From: Gammaproteobacteria bacterium
GTDB taxonomy: Bacteria > Pseudomonadota > Gammaproteobacteria > UBA4575
DNA length: 64,000 nt
Assembly: GCA_965222615.1 (NCBI GenBank)
Contig: CBDCUI010000007.1
Coordinates: 96,001 to 160,000 of the forward strand
Direction of reading: 5' to 3'
A program made the translations under genes and the position numbers. Shown here one piece after another: positions 10,049-19,554 of the stretch. The first letter of the stretch is position 1; each line of letters begins with the position of its first letter. Under the pieces are notes generated by a model that saw only the letters and a list, made by a program, of their open reading frames with translations, had not been told where the DNA came from and made no database searches.

Positions 10049-12145
10049 ATGAACCAAGCTAAAAATCACCTCGCCAATCAAACCAGCCCTTATTTGCTCC
10101 AGCATGCAGACAATCCTGTGGAATGGTATCCATGGGGAGAGACCGCGCTGCTACGTGCAAAAAATGAAAACAAACCTATTTTGCTTTCAATTGGGTACTC
10201 TGCATGCCATTGGTGTCATGTAATGGCGCACGAGTCATTTGAAGATGAAGCCACAGCTAAGTTAATGAATGAATTGTTTATCAACATTAAAATTGACCGC
10301 GAAGAACGCCCCGATATCGATAAGATATATCAAACCGCGCAGTTTTTGCTTACTCAACGTAGCGGTGGTTGGCCACTCACTATGTTTTTAACACCTGAAA
10401 ATCAAATGCCTTTTTTTGGTGGTACTTATTTCCCTAATGAAGCTCGGCATGGCCTACCACCCTTTAAAGATTTATTGCAGCATATCTCAGACTTTTACCA
10501 AACACGGCGAGAAGAGATCGATAACCAAAATCAATCCATGCATAATGCGTTACAACAAATTTATGCGCCTACTTACACGGAAGTAAATTTACCTACAAAC
10601 ATATTAAAACGTTGCACTCAACATTTGGAACAAGCTTTCGATGCTGAACATGGGGGTTTTGGAAATGCACCAAAGTTCCCGCATCCTCAAAATCTCGAAC
10701 GCCTATTGCGCTATTACGCACAAACGAGGCTTATTGATGAAGATAACCCTCGTGCACTACACGTTGCAATTTTCACCTTAGAAAAAATGGCGGCAGGAGG
10801 AATTTACGATCATCTAGGCGGTGGTTTCAGTCGTTACTCAATAGATAACTATTGGATGATTCCGCATTTTGAAAAAATGCTGTATGACAATGGCCCGTTA
10901 CTTGCCTTATATGCTCAAGCTTTTGCCTTAAACTATGCAGAACAATTTAAACAAGTATGCGAAGGCACTGCTGATTGGGTAGTACGCGAAATGCAATCAC
11001 CTCAAGGCGGATATTATTCCTCTCTAGATGCAGATTCTGAAGGAACCGAGGGTAAGTTTTATGTGTGGACGCAATCTGAAATTCAAAATGCGCTCACTGT
11101 TGAAGAATATGCAGTTTTTGCCCAATATTTTGGTATCGATCGCACTGCTAATTTTGAAGGGAGTTATCACCTTCATACCTTTGTAAGTGAGGAAGAGTTA
11201 TGTCTTGCACAATCACTTAACTCGAAGGAGTTTAATGAACTACTAGCTAGCGCTAAACAAAAATTATTTGCCTTACGCGAACGACGTATTCGACCGGGGC
11301 GTGATGACAAAGTCCTTACCAGTTGGAATGCCTTAATGATTCGTGGCATGGCAATAACTGGACGGATTCTACACCAACAAGAATATATAGATTCTGCCGA
11401 ACAAGCGTTGAATTTTTTACACCAAACTATGTGGGTAAACCAGCGTTTGTTTGCAACATATAAAGATGGTAAAGCTCATCTGGATGCATACCTCGATGAT
11501 TATGCATTTTTGTTAGATGCAATATTGGAAATACTGCAAGCTCGATGGCATACAGAGTATCTCAATTGGGCGTGTGAATTAGCCGATGTAATACTGGAAC
11601 AATTCGAAGATCAAGTCTTGGGAGGCTTTTATTTTACCGCAAGCGACCACGAGCAACTCATTCAACGACCTAAAACGTTTAGTGATGAAGCCACACCCTC
11701 TGGTAACGGTATCGCTGCTATGGCATTAGCACGATTAGGTTATTTATTAGGGGAAACAAAATATATAGACGCTCGTGATCGAGTTATAAAATTTGCCAGC
11801 CAAGTAATCAGTCAATCGCCTATGGGACATGCTAGTTTACTGCACGCTTATGAAGAACAAATAAACCTCCCACAAATTATTATTCTGCGCGGCCAACAAA
11901 ATGATTTAATTAAATGGCAACAAGCATGTACACATAGCTACGCACCTCATCGTTTAGCCTTTGCAATAACAAATGATACAGAAAATTTACCGCCTTCACT
12001 TGCAGAAAAAAAACACAAAAAATCGAGTCAGCAAAGAGTAACGGCATATGTCTGTCAAGGCATGCAATGTGATGCACCGATCGAAGAGTTTGAACTACTA
12101 CAAGAAGTATTAACTAAAACAAGTATTCATCCATCTAGCCATTAA
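10049..12145 (+). CDS. YyaL/SPATA20-like thioredoxin-domain plus alpha/alpha-barrel protein
   Basis: [38 protein letters not shown]. Confidence 0.93.
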   Translation: MNQAKNHLANQTSPYLLQHADNPVEWYPWGETALLRAKNENKPILLSIGYSACHWCHVMAHESFEDEATAKLMNELFINIKIDREERPDIDKIYQTAQFLLTQRSGGWPLTMFLTPENQMPFFGGTYFPNEARHGLPPFKDLLQHISDFYQTRREEIDNQNQSMHNALQQIYAPTYTEVNLPTNILKRCTQHLEQAFDAEHGGFGNAPKFPHPQNLERLLRYYAQTRLIDEDNPRALHVAIFTLEKMAAGGIYDHLGGGFSRYSIDNYWMIPHFEKMLYDNGPLLALYAQAFALNYAEQFKQVCEGTADWVVREMQSPQGGYYSSLDADSEGTEGKFYVWTQSEIQNALTVEEYAVFAQYFGIDRTANFEGSYHLHTFVSEEELCLAQSLNSKEFNELLASAKQKLFALRERRIRPGRDDKVLTSWNALMIRGMAITGRILHQQEYIDSAEQALNFLHQTMWVNQRLFATYKDGKAHLDAYLDDYAFLLDAILEILQARWHTEYLNWACELADVILEQFEDQVLGGFYFTASDHEQLIQRPKTFSDEATPSGNGIAAMALARLGYLLGETKYIDARDRVIKFASQVISQSPMGHASLLHAYEEQINLPQIIILRGQQNDLIKWQQACTHSYAPHRLAFAITNDTENLPPSLAEKKHKKSSQQRVTAYVCQGMQCDAPIEEFELLQEVLTKTSIHPSSH

Positions 12146-12150
12146 ATTCT

Positions 12151-12912
12151 ATGAATAGTGCCCCAATGAACACTGGCCGAGGCATATTGCGATTATTGCA
12201 TTTAATCGCGCATATCTTTAAAGGTTTATTTGTATCGTATACTCGATTACATGGTACACAGAGTCATGACCTCACTGATGCGCAGCATGAAATTATTCAA
12301 ACTTGGTTACACCGTTGTGCAGAAATTATCGGTATCGATATTCAAGTTCACGGTGAACCTGCTACCCCACCTGCATTTATTGTTGCCAACCACATTTCTT
12401 GGTTAGATATTTTAATTATCTCTTCGGTGTTACCGGTTTCATTTTTATCTAAGGCCGAGGTACGTAACTGGCCTGTAATAGGTACACTTGCCGCCAAGGC
12501 CGGTACTTTATTTATCCATCGTGGCTCTAAAAACGGGGCTGCTGAAGCAATTGAATTAATGCAGATTAAATTAAAAGCCGGACATAGCGTAGCTTCCTTT
12601 CCGGAAGCTAAAACCACTCACGGCACTGAAGTGCATACATTTCACCCACGTCTGTTCGCTGCTGCAATCGAAACAGACACACTTGTACAGCCTGTTGCCT
12701 TACGGTATCCACATGACAATGACGGCGCACACCCACATGTACCTTACATCGACGAATCAAATTTAATCAGACATGCGTTTCAGATTATGTGTGCAGACAC
12801 AACTGCGGCAGAAGTAACCTTGTGCACACCCATTAGTAGTGTTGGAAAAATGAGGAAACAATTATCGCAGTCCGCAAGAGCTACAATTGCTGACGTTGTA
12901 GTAAAAAGCTAA
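12151..12912 (+). CDS. Lysophospholipid acyltransferase (PlsC/OlsA-like)
   Basis: NHISWLD (HX4D) and FPE motifs. Confidence 0.88.
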   Translation: MNSAPMNTGRGILRLLHLIAHIFKGLFVSYTRLHGTQSHDLTDAQHEIIQTWLHRCAEIIGIDIQVHGEPATPPAFIVANHISWLDILIISSVLPVSFLSKAEVRNWPVIGTLAAKAGTLFIHRGSKNGAAEAIELMQIKLKAGHSVASFPEAKTTHGTEVHTFHPRLFAAAIETDTLVQPVALRYPHDNDGAHPHVPYIDESNLIRHAFQIMCADTTAAEVTLCTPISSVGKMRKQLSQSARATIADVVVKS

Positions 12913-13409
12913 CCTAAGGCTTGTAGTGCTGCCTCATAATCTGGCTCATGGGCAATCTCATCTACAAGCTCGGTATACACAACGGAATTGTCTTGGTCTA
13001 ACACAACGATTGCACGTGCAGTAATGCCTGCAAGTGGACCATCCTCAATAAGCACACCGTAATCAGTAGCAAAATCTTTACTACGCATTACAGATAACGG
13101 AATTACATTTTCTATCTCTTCTGCACCACAAAAACGTGACATGGCAAAAGGCAAATCTGCTGCAATAACTAAGATAACAGCATCCTCATGTTCATTTGCA
13201 TAATCCTCAAATTTTTTAGTAGAAGTTGCACAAACAGGTGTATCCAAACTTGGAACAATACTTAATATTTTTTTCTTGCCAGGGAAAGATGAAAGCGAAA
13301 CATTTTCAAGATCTTTATTTACTAACACAAAGTCAGGAGCAGCCGCACCAATTTCAGGAAGGTTCCCATTAGTGTTAATATCATTTCCCTGTAATGTAAT
13401 TGTCGCCAT
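12909..13409 (-). CDS. tpx: Thiol peroxidase
   Basis: PSLDTPVC, DLPFAMSRFC. Confidence 0.95.
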   Translation of the reverse strand: MATITLQGNDINTNGNLPEIGAAAPDFVLVNKDLENVSLSSFPGKKKILSIVPSLDTPVCATSTKKFEDYANEHEDAVILVIAADLPFAMSRFCGAEEIENVIPLSVMRSKDFATDYGVLIEDGPLAGITARAIVVLDQDNSVVYTELVDEIAHEPDYEAALQALG

Positions 13410-13534
13410 TTGTTATTCTCTGAAGATAAAGTTTATTTTCTGATCATTTAAATTTTAAAAAACTATTTGTATGCACAAAGTATGTTACTAACATCTTTGC
13501 TTAATCGAGTTGTTAGTGTTGTGTATCACATAAG

Positions 13535-13915
13535 CTAAATATAAGAGTCATATTGGCTTGCATTCATCAGGCTGTCAATTGCCGATTTATCATGTATAGC
13601 AACTTTACATATCCATCCGCCCTCATATGGTACACCGTTAATTAGTTCTGGAGAATCGGGTAAATCTTCATTAATTTCAATGACTTTTCCACTTACAGGC
13701 ATGTGGATATCCGATGCGGTCTTGACTGATTCCACCACCGCACACGCTTGTCCAGCTTCATATTCATTATTTAATTCAGGTAATTCTACATAAACAATAT
13801 CGCCTAATTCAGATTGGGCATAATCTGTCATTCCTATCTTGGCTATATTGTCTGATTCCAACAATAACCAGATATGTTGCTCTGAATAAATACGATCGTT
13901 TGGAGTTTCGTTCAT
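13535..13915 (-). CDS. gcvH: Glycine cleavage system H protein
   Basis: GMTDYAQSELGDIVYVELP; lipoyl-lysine motif VESVKTASD. Confidence 0.94.
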   Translation of the reverse strand: MNETPNDRIYSEQHIWLLLESDNIAKIGMTDYAQSELGDIVYVELPELNNEYEAGQACAVVESVKTASDIHMPVSGKVIEINEDLPDSPELINGVPYEGGWICKVAIHDKSAIDSLMNASQYDSYI

Positions 13916-13982
13916 GTTGTTATCCCTTTTTTAGAATTTTATTTATGTAAAGAATAATCAAACGAATTACATTATAATTTAG

Positions 13983-14444
13983 ATGATAATTTTTTATAAA
14001 TACAAAATAATGCATAAAAAAATATTTATATTAGTAATTGTATTGCTCACATCATGTACACAAGAACAACCTAGTGAAATTATTATACAAGATGCTTGGA
14101 TTCGTGAAGCCCCCCCTAACGCATCAGCAATGGCTGGTTATTTAACAATCACTAACTCAACTGAACAAGATCGTATTCTAACTTTTGCTAAAAGCAACCA
14201 TTTTAATGCAGTTGAAATCCATCGCACTATTGTCAAAGATGGTGTGGCAAAAATGCGTCGCTTTGACGAGCTCACTATTCCTGCAGGAAAATCGCTTGAG
14301 TTTAAACCTGGTGATTTTCACTTAATGCTGATGAGTCCCAAGGTTAAGCTCAAGATCAACGATGAAGCCACCGTAACACTTTGTATTTTAATGGATGACA
14401 AAATTGAAGAATTTGATGTTGTCATGCCGGTAAAAAAACCATAA
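13983..14444 (+). CDS. Copper chaperone PCu(A)C; start may be ATG 14010
   Basis: DAWIR, EIH...M, PGDFHLML copper-ligand pattern; lipoprotein-like N-terminus. Confidence 0.88.
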   Translation: MIIFYKYKIMHKKIFILVIVLLTSCTQEQPSEIIIQDAWIREAPPNASAMAGYLTITNSTEQDRILTFAKSNHFNAVEIHRTIVKDGVAKMRRFDELTIPAGKSLEFKPGDFHLMLMSPKVKLKINDEATVTLCILMDDKIEEFDVVMPVKKP

Positions 14445-14559
14445 ACCGAGCCTTAACCTTAATTATTATCTGGGTATATTCATCTCTAAGACCTTCTAAA
14501 TCCTGTATCATTCGCCTAAAGAATAATTCACATCTGAATCATGCAGTAATTGCAACTGC

Positions 14560-15291
14560 TTGATTAAAAATCGATTGGTGCATGCCTTGAATGATTTTTC
14601 ACAAGCTTTTCTAAAAGCGTTTCAACTTATTGTGCAATTGGACCCAAACCTTTTAGAGATCATTGGGCTATCACTGCGGGTCAGTTTAACTGCGGTTGGT
14701 ATTGCTAGTTTAATTGGTTTGCCATTAGGGGCAGCACTTGCTTTGTATAAGTTTCCAGGCCGAGGATTGATTGTGGCATTGCTAAATGCCTTTATGGGCT
14801 TACCGCCAGTAGTAGTAGGGCTAGTAGTATATTTAATCTTGTCGCGTTCTGGACCACTTGGAGTGCTTGGGTTGTTGTTTACCCCAACAGCCATGATCAT
14901 TGCGCAGGTGTGCCTAATTACTCCCATTATCGCGGCCTTAACCCGTCAAACCATTCAAGATGCCAATCAAGAATACCATGAGCAACTCCGTGCTTTAGGC
15001 GCTAAAGCTTCTCGCATGATGAAAACGCTGTTGTGGGAAACGAGGTACAGTTTAATGACCGGAGTATTTGCAGGTTTTGGCCGCGCTATTGCAGAAGTCG
15101 GCGCAGTATTAATCGTTGGCGGCAATATCAATCATGCAACACGTGTAATGACGACCGCCATTGCTTTAGAAACACGCAAAGGTGATATTGAATTAGCCTT
15201 AGCACTTGGCATTATTCTAATAACAATTTCATTAATCGTAACTTCACTTGTAATGAGTGCTAGACATGCTGCATACCAGTTTCACAGTTAG
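14560..15291 (+). CDS. tupB: Tungstate ABC transporter permease
   Basis: MGLPPVVVGL, GFGRAIAEVGA, TRVMTTAIALET; adjacent to tupA-like gene. Confidence 0.88.
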   Translation: MIKNRLVHALNDFSQAFLKAFQLIVQLDPNLLEIIGLSLRVSLTAVGIASLIGLPLGAALALYKFPGRGLIVALLNAFMGLPPVVVGLVVYLILSRSGPLGVLGLLFTPTAMIIAQVCLITPIIAALTRQTIQDANQEYHEQLRALGAKASRMMKTLLWETRYSLMTGVFAGFGRAIAEVGAVLIVGGNINHATRVMTTAIALETRKGDIELALALGIILITISLIVTSLVMSARHAAYQFHS

Positions 15292-16021
15292 TACTAACGA
15301 TATAACTGCACTACCCTTGCATGTGAGTCAGCTATATGTTTCCAAACAAGGAAACATATTGTTAAATGATATCAATATCTCTATTGAATCAAATGATATA
15401 ACGGTAATACTGGGGCCAAATGGTGCAGGTAAAAGTCTACTGTTACGTGCCGCCCACGGTTTAGAGTCACCCAGTAAAGGTTCTTTACTATGGAACACAC
15501 ACATCCCTCAGCCACAACAACCTTGGCGTGCCTATATTTTTCAAAAACCGATATTATTACGCCGCAGCGTGCGCGCCAATCTTGAATATGTGTTGTCCTT
15601 ACATGGCAAAAATAAATCTAGCTACTCTTCCCTAATTAGTGATGCATTAGAACACACAGGTTTATCACAATTGGCTGAACGTAATGCACGCGTTTTATCT
15701 GGAGGTGAACAGCAACGCCTCAACATCGCTCGCGCCTGGGTACTGCAACCCAAAGTGATACTGTTTGATGAACCCACGGCCGAACTCGACCCAAATGGCA
15801 CGGCGGCAATAGAATGCTTGATCGAGACAATCGCTCAACAAGGCACTAAAATAATCATGACCACGCATGATTTAGGCCAGGCACATAGACTTGCCAATGA
15901 CATATTATTTTTACATCAAGGAAAAGTAGTAGAGTACACATCTGCTAAAGTATTCTTTGAACAACCACAAACTAAAACTGCAGAAAATTTTATAGCAGGA
16001 AAATTATTAAACGGAGAATAA
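15257..16021 (+). CDS. tupC: Tungstate ABC transporter ATPase (start uncertain)
   Basis: GPNGAGKS, LSGGEQQR, DEPT. Confidence 0.85.
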   Translation: MLDMLHTSFTVSTNDITALPLHVSQLYVSKQGNILLNDINISIESNDITVILGPNGAGKSLLLRAAHGLESPSKGSLLWNTHIPQPQQPWRAYIFQKPILLRRSVRANLEYVLSLHGKNKSSYSSLISDALEHTGLSQLAERNARVLSGGEQQRLNIARAWVLQPKVILFDEPTAELDPNGTAAIECLIETIAQQGTKIIMTTHDLGQAHRLANDILFLHQGKVVEYTSAKVFFEQPQTKTAENFIAGKLLNGE

Positions 16022-16027
16022 AAAAAA

Positions 16028-16870
16028 ATGAACAGGATTTCGTTAATAGTTATTACTCTATTGCTTTGCTTAAGTATGAGCACTGGATTTGCAGAAGAAC
16101 AACCTTTTATCACTCTTTCTTCTACTACTTCTACTGACAACTCAGGCCTGTTGGAGTATTTAATTCCTAAGTTTCGCAATAAAACAAGTATAAATGTGCG
16201 CGTAATTGCTGTCGGTACCGGACGCGCATTGAAACTTGGTGAACGTGGAGATACAGACTTGGTCCTGGTGCATCACAAAGCTTCAGAAGAAAAATTCGTA
16301 GAGAAAGGCTTTGGTATCGACCGCCGCGACGTGATGTATAACGATTTTGTAATCATCGGCCCAAAGAATGACCCGGCTAATATCAAACCTCTTATTAAAG
16401 CGGTTGAGGCTTTTAAAAGAATACATGCCCATCAAGTACCTTTTATTTCACGTGGTGATGACAGCGGTACTCACAAAAAAGAGCTTGAATTGTGGTCGTT
16501 AGCCAAAATAAACATACAACAATATAGCGGCACGTGGTACCGCGAAGCCGGTGCCAGTATGGGAGCTACTCTGAATATCGCCAACGCTATGAATGCTTAC
16601 GTACTTACCGATCGAGGCACTTGGTTATCCTTTAAGAATCGCGATGATCTCAGCTTACTTTTTGAGAATGATCCACCTCTATTTAACCAATACGGTGTCA
16701 TTTTAGTAAACCCTGAACGCCACCCACACATAAAGCACAAAGAAGCTAAACTATTTTCCGATTGGTTAGTTTCTAGTGAAGGCCAACAAGCCATTGCTGA
16801 CTTTACCTTAGAAGGCCAACAACTGTTCTTTCCAAATGCAAATCAAAATATCGCCGTCACACACAAATAA
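16028..16870 (+). CDS. tupA: Tungstate-binding periplasmic protein
   Basis: STTSTDNSGLL, SRGDDSGTH, DRGTW motifs; signal peptide. Confidence 0.9.
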   Translation: MNRISLIVITLLLCLSMSTGFAEEQPFITLSSTTSTDNSGLLEYLIPKFRNKTSINVRVIAVGTGRALKLGERGDTDLVLVHHKASEEKFVEKGFGIDRRDVMYNDFVIIGPKNDPANIKPLIKAVEAFKRIHAHQVPFISRGDDSGTHKKELELWSLAKINIQQYSGTWYREAGASMGATLNIANAMNAYVLTDRGTWLSFKNRDDLSLLFENDPPLFNQYGVILVNPERHPHIKHKEAKLFSDWLVSSEGQQAIADFTLEGQQLFFPNANQNIAVTHK

Positions 16871-16875
16871 CTTTT

Positions 16876-17469
16876 ATGTGGGAACCGAGATTAGAATTCT
16901 CTGAAACCAAGCATCTATGTAAAGTAACCATCAATCAAAACAACCAGCCCATGACCTTCAGCGAAGTTTTAGAGAGTTGGAAGTCCAATGCTGAGTTTAG
17001 AGAATTTTACATTTTGTTACTCAGCGACATGCCTTATGCAGCAGTGTTTTGGGAAATCCCGCCAATCACAAAAGCGACGATCTCAAAGCCTTACGAATTT
17101 GTTGCAGCGGATAGTCCAAGCCTTGTAGGTGTCCCACCCAATTCAACCGCGTTTGAACAATATTTTAAAACTGCAACAAACCATGAAACCGTTGTTAGCT
17201 TTGCAAACTTAGGTAACGATGCTTGGCTAATCGCGCCATGCCCCATAGACTCGCATAACATATACACACACTTAGTTAAGTTCCTACGCGAAGCCCCAAA
17301 CGAACAATGCCATGAATTTTTTTGTAAACTAGGAATGGAAATTGAGAATAAATTAAGCGATGAACCATTATGGATCAGCACCTCCGGCCTAGGCATCTAC
17401 TGGCTCCACGCAAGACTCGATTCCTATCCGAAGTACTATACCTATTCACCTTACAAAACATTTAAATAG
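16876..17469 (+). CDS. Conserved hypothetical protein
   Basis: 197-aa ORF with FANLGNDA and WISTSGLGIYWLHARLDSYPKYY blocks that look conserved. Confidence 0.7.
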   Translation: MWEPRLEFSETKHLCKVTINQNNQPMTFSEVLESWKSNAEFREFYILLLSDMPYAAVFWEIPPITKATISKPYEFVAADSPSLVGVPPNSTAFEQYFKTATNHETVVSFANLGNDAWLIAPCPIDSHNIYTHLVKFLREAPNEQCHEFFCKLGMEIENKLSDEPLWISTSGLGIYWLHARLDSYPKYYTYSPYKTFK

Positions 17470-17481
17470 CTTGTCCCAAAT

Positions 17482-17562
17482 CGCAAGAAGTGGCAGATAT
17501 GCTCCTGCAATTTCTGCATTCCCACCTTCCGTAGTGGTCGAACGTTCAGTTCATTAAATAAC
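17482..17562 (+). repeat. Isolated copy of the outer terminus of the structured element, interrupted by a 48-bp mini-insert (17492-17539)
   Basis: CGCAAGAAGT|insert|GAACGTTCAGTTCATTAAATAAC matches 19108-19139 except for one extra T. Confidence 0.85.
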
Positions 17563-17719
17563 CGCGAAAAGAAGTTTTTTCGCTTTTTTAGAAGCTGTCA
17601 TTGAATTGATCATTAGACATATGTCCAAAATTAAGGATATTGACCCTATGTAGGCTATAAATTTCGAGCATTTGCCCTAACTTCTGTAATAGAAATTTAA
17701 TTTTTATAGGAGAAGGCAA

Positions 17720-18283
17720 ATGAACGAAAACGGATCAAATTTTCCAATTTGGGTCAAATGGACTCATCTTGGGTTAGCTTTTTTTGGCATCATCGCATAC
17801 CTTACAGGCGAATTAGCAGAATACTCAAATAGCTATGGTTATTTGTTACATGCCTATTTAGGCATGACTCTATTACTGTTTCTAATAAGTAGATTCCTAT
17901 ATGGCTTCTTGGGTCAAAACATATACCGATTTTCTAATTGGTTCCCTTATAAGTTGTCATATTTAGTTTCGATTAAGGAGGATTTACAGGAACTCGCAAG
18001 GTTTAAGTTACCAAAGCGGCAAGACCATCGTGGCCTGGCTGGTTTAGTCCAAGCATTTGGATTGGTAATATTCAGCTGGATGGCCATTACTGGAACCATT
18101 ATGTTTGTTACTAATGCAAATGATGATTCCGCCCTGTCTGAGCTACACGAGGTAGGAGAAGGACTTATTCCTTTGTTTTTAGGACTTCATTTGGGAGCAG
18201 TTGCTCTACATGTGATTTCTGGCCACAATCTTTTATCCAAAATATTACCCACGCGTAACAAAAAGAAAGAAAGCACCACTTGA
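17720..18283 (+). CDS. Cytochrome b/b6-domain membrane protein
   Basis: Four hydrophobic helices with His ligands (WTHL, LLHAY, ELHE, GLHL); AGGAG RBS. Confidence 0.85.
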   Translation: MNENGSNFPIWVKWTHLGLAFFGIIAYLTGELAEYSNSYGYLLHAYLGMTLLLFLISRFLYGFLGQNIYRFSNWFPYKLSYLVSIKEDLQELARFKLPKRQDHRGLAGLVQAFGLVIFSWMAITGTIMFVTNANDDSALSELHEVGEGLIPLFLGLHLGAVALHVISGHNLLSKILPTRNKKKESTT

Positions 18284-18753
18284 GTAATTGGCAGTCCTCT
18301 ATAAATTACATACCGGCTGTAGTGCTGGGGATTGCTAGTGCATTTTTCTTATATGACATTATTACTGATGTGATGAAAGGTAATGAGAGCACCACTCATT
18401 TAGTTATTGAAGGTTTTATATTTTTAGCAACCTCAGCTGTTCTCACTCATGAGGTGTTAAGAGTAATACAACTAAAAAAAAATTTAAGACAGGAACAAAA
18501 TAAAGTTGCACGACTCTCAGGTGAATTAAGTAGTGTTATTCAAAAAGATTTTAGAGACTGGAAGCTTACTGAGAGTGAAAAGGAAGTGGCCATCTTGCTA
18601 ATTAAAGGGTTATCGATGAATGAAATTGGGCAATTACGAGGTGTAAAAGAAAAGACCGTGCGTCAGCAAGCAACAAGTATCTATACAAAATCAAAGTGCC
18701 CAAATCGGCACGAATTAGCAGCTAAATTCATTGAGGATTTGCTAAATATATAA
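18280..18753 (+). CDS. Membrane-anchored LuxR-type HTH regulator
   Basis: Two N-terminal TM segments, then LTESEKEVAILLIKGLS..EIG..R.VKEKTVRQQ LuxR HTH. Confidence 0.85.
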   Translation: MSNWQSSINYIPAVVLGIASAFFLYDIITDVMKGNESTTHLVIEGFIFLATSAVLTHEVLRVIQLKKNLRQEQNKVARLSGELSSVIQKDFRDWKLTESEKEVAILLIKGLSMNEIGQLRGVKEKTVRQQATSIYTKSKCPNRHELAAKFIEDLLNI

Positions 18754-18838
18754 ATCTCAATAAGCCCGCTATTGGCCGAATAGCAGACATTAACTATCAG
18801 CTTTGTAAATTACTACCAGTCTCAAACAGAATATATTA

Positions 18839-18940
18839 CTACTGATTCTTTTCTTTTTTCTTCTTAGCAACAAACATCCAAACCGTAATAACAAATCCTA
18901 CGAGTATGAGATAAATAGTCCACTCAATTATTTCAGCCAT
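18839..18940 (-). CDS. 33-aa single-pass membrane peptide MAEIIEWTIYLILVGFVITVWMFVAKKKKEKNQ (not in ORF track)
   Basis: AGGAGG RBS just upstream of ATG, hydrophobic helix plus basic tail, tandem TAG-TAA stops. Confidence 0.6.
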   Translation of the reverse strand: MAEIIEWTIYLILVGFVITVWMFVAKKKKEKNQ

Positions 18941-19108
18941 AACCCCTCCTCTTAGCTAAGGCATTACTTTAACATATTGCAAATTCTTCGATTAATACTA
19001 TTTCTCAATGATCAAATTAAAGAAAATGCTAGATGCTTGTTTTTGCAACGAAAAGGGATCAGGTCCTTTTTCCACTTTATAAAAAATTTGAGTAGTTTAC
19101 TCCAGACC

Positions 19109-19380
19109 GCAAGAAGTGAACGTTCAGTTCATAAATAACATTCATCGGGTTTATTTGTTCATTTTCTTTGCTTGTCCAAAGCCTTAATTAAATGAACTAG
19201 GGGAACCAAAAGAAAAGACACCCTACCAACTTGTCCTTCGGATTCGTTCACGACATCGAGTAACGTTGGCCGGCATAATGACGCCATCCAGGCGCAACAT
19301 GCCTAAAACGACCATCCCTGGTCGTTTTACCTATTGTTCCTTTCGATGTCACTCACCAAGTTGGATGGGAGGATCTAAGA
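19109..19380 (+). repeat. Structured element, left copy (possible ncRNA or ssDNA mobile-element end)
   Basis: Inverted matches to 21262-21519 (18/19, 27/27 and 20/21 nt blocks); nested stems CCAACTTG/CAAGTTGG and GACATCGA/TCGATGTC; two ATCC-loop hairpins. Confidence 0.85.
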
Positions 19381-19554
19381 GCTGCTATATTTAGATTTCT
19401 ATGATCACTAATGACCCAAAAGCATACATAAACTAAATACAGTTTATTGTGAGTAATGAAGAAATATTTCTGAAAGGAAACCGGCTCAACGAGGCTGGAT
19501 AGTTTGATAAAGATTTATCAATGTTTTTAGAAGAACTAAATCTTCTTTTGTAGT

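Noticed and set aside
19051-19072. Hairpin AAAAGGGATCAGGTCCTTTTT
   Set aside because: Single copy; cannot distinguish a terminator from a REP-like remnant
19437-19553. Possible gene remnant ending ..DKDLSMFLEELNLLL just before the RT
   Set aside because: Short, contains an internal stop, and similarity to any family cannot be supported by eye
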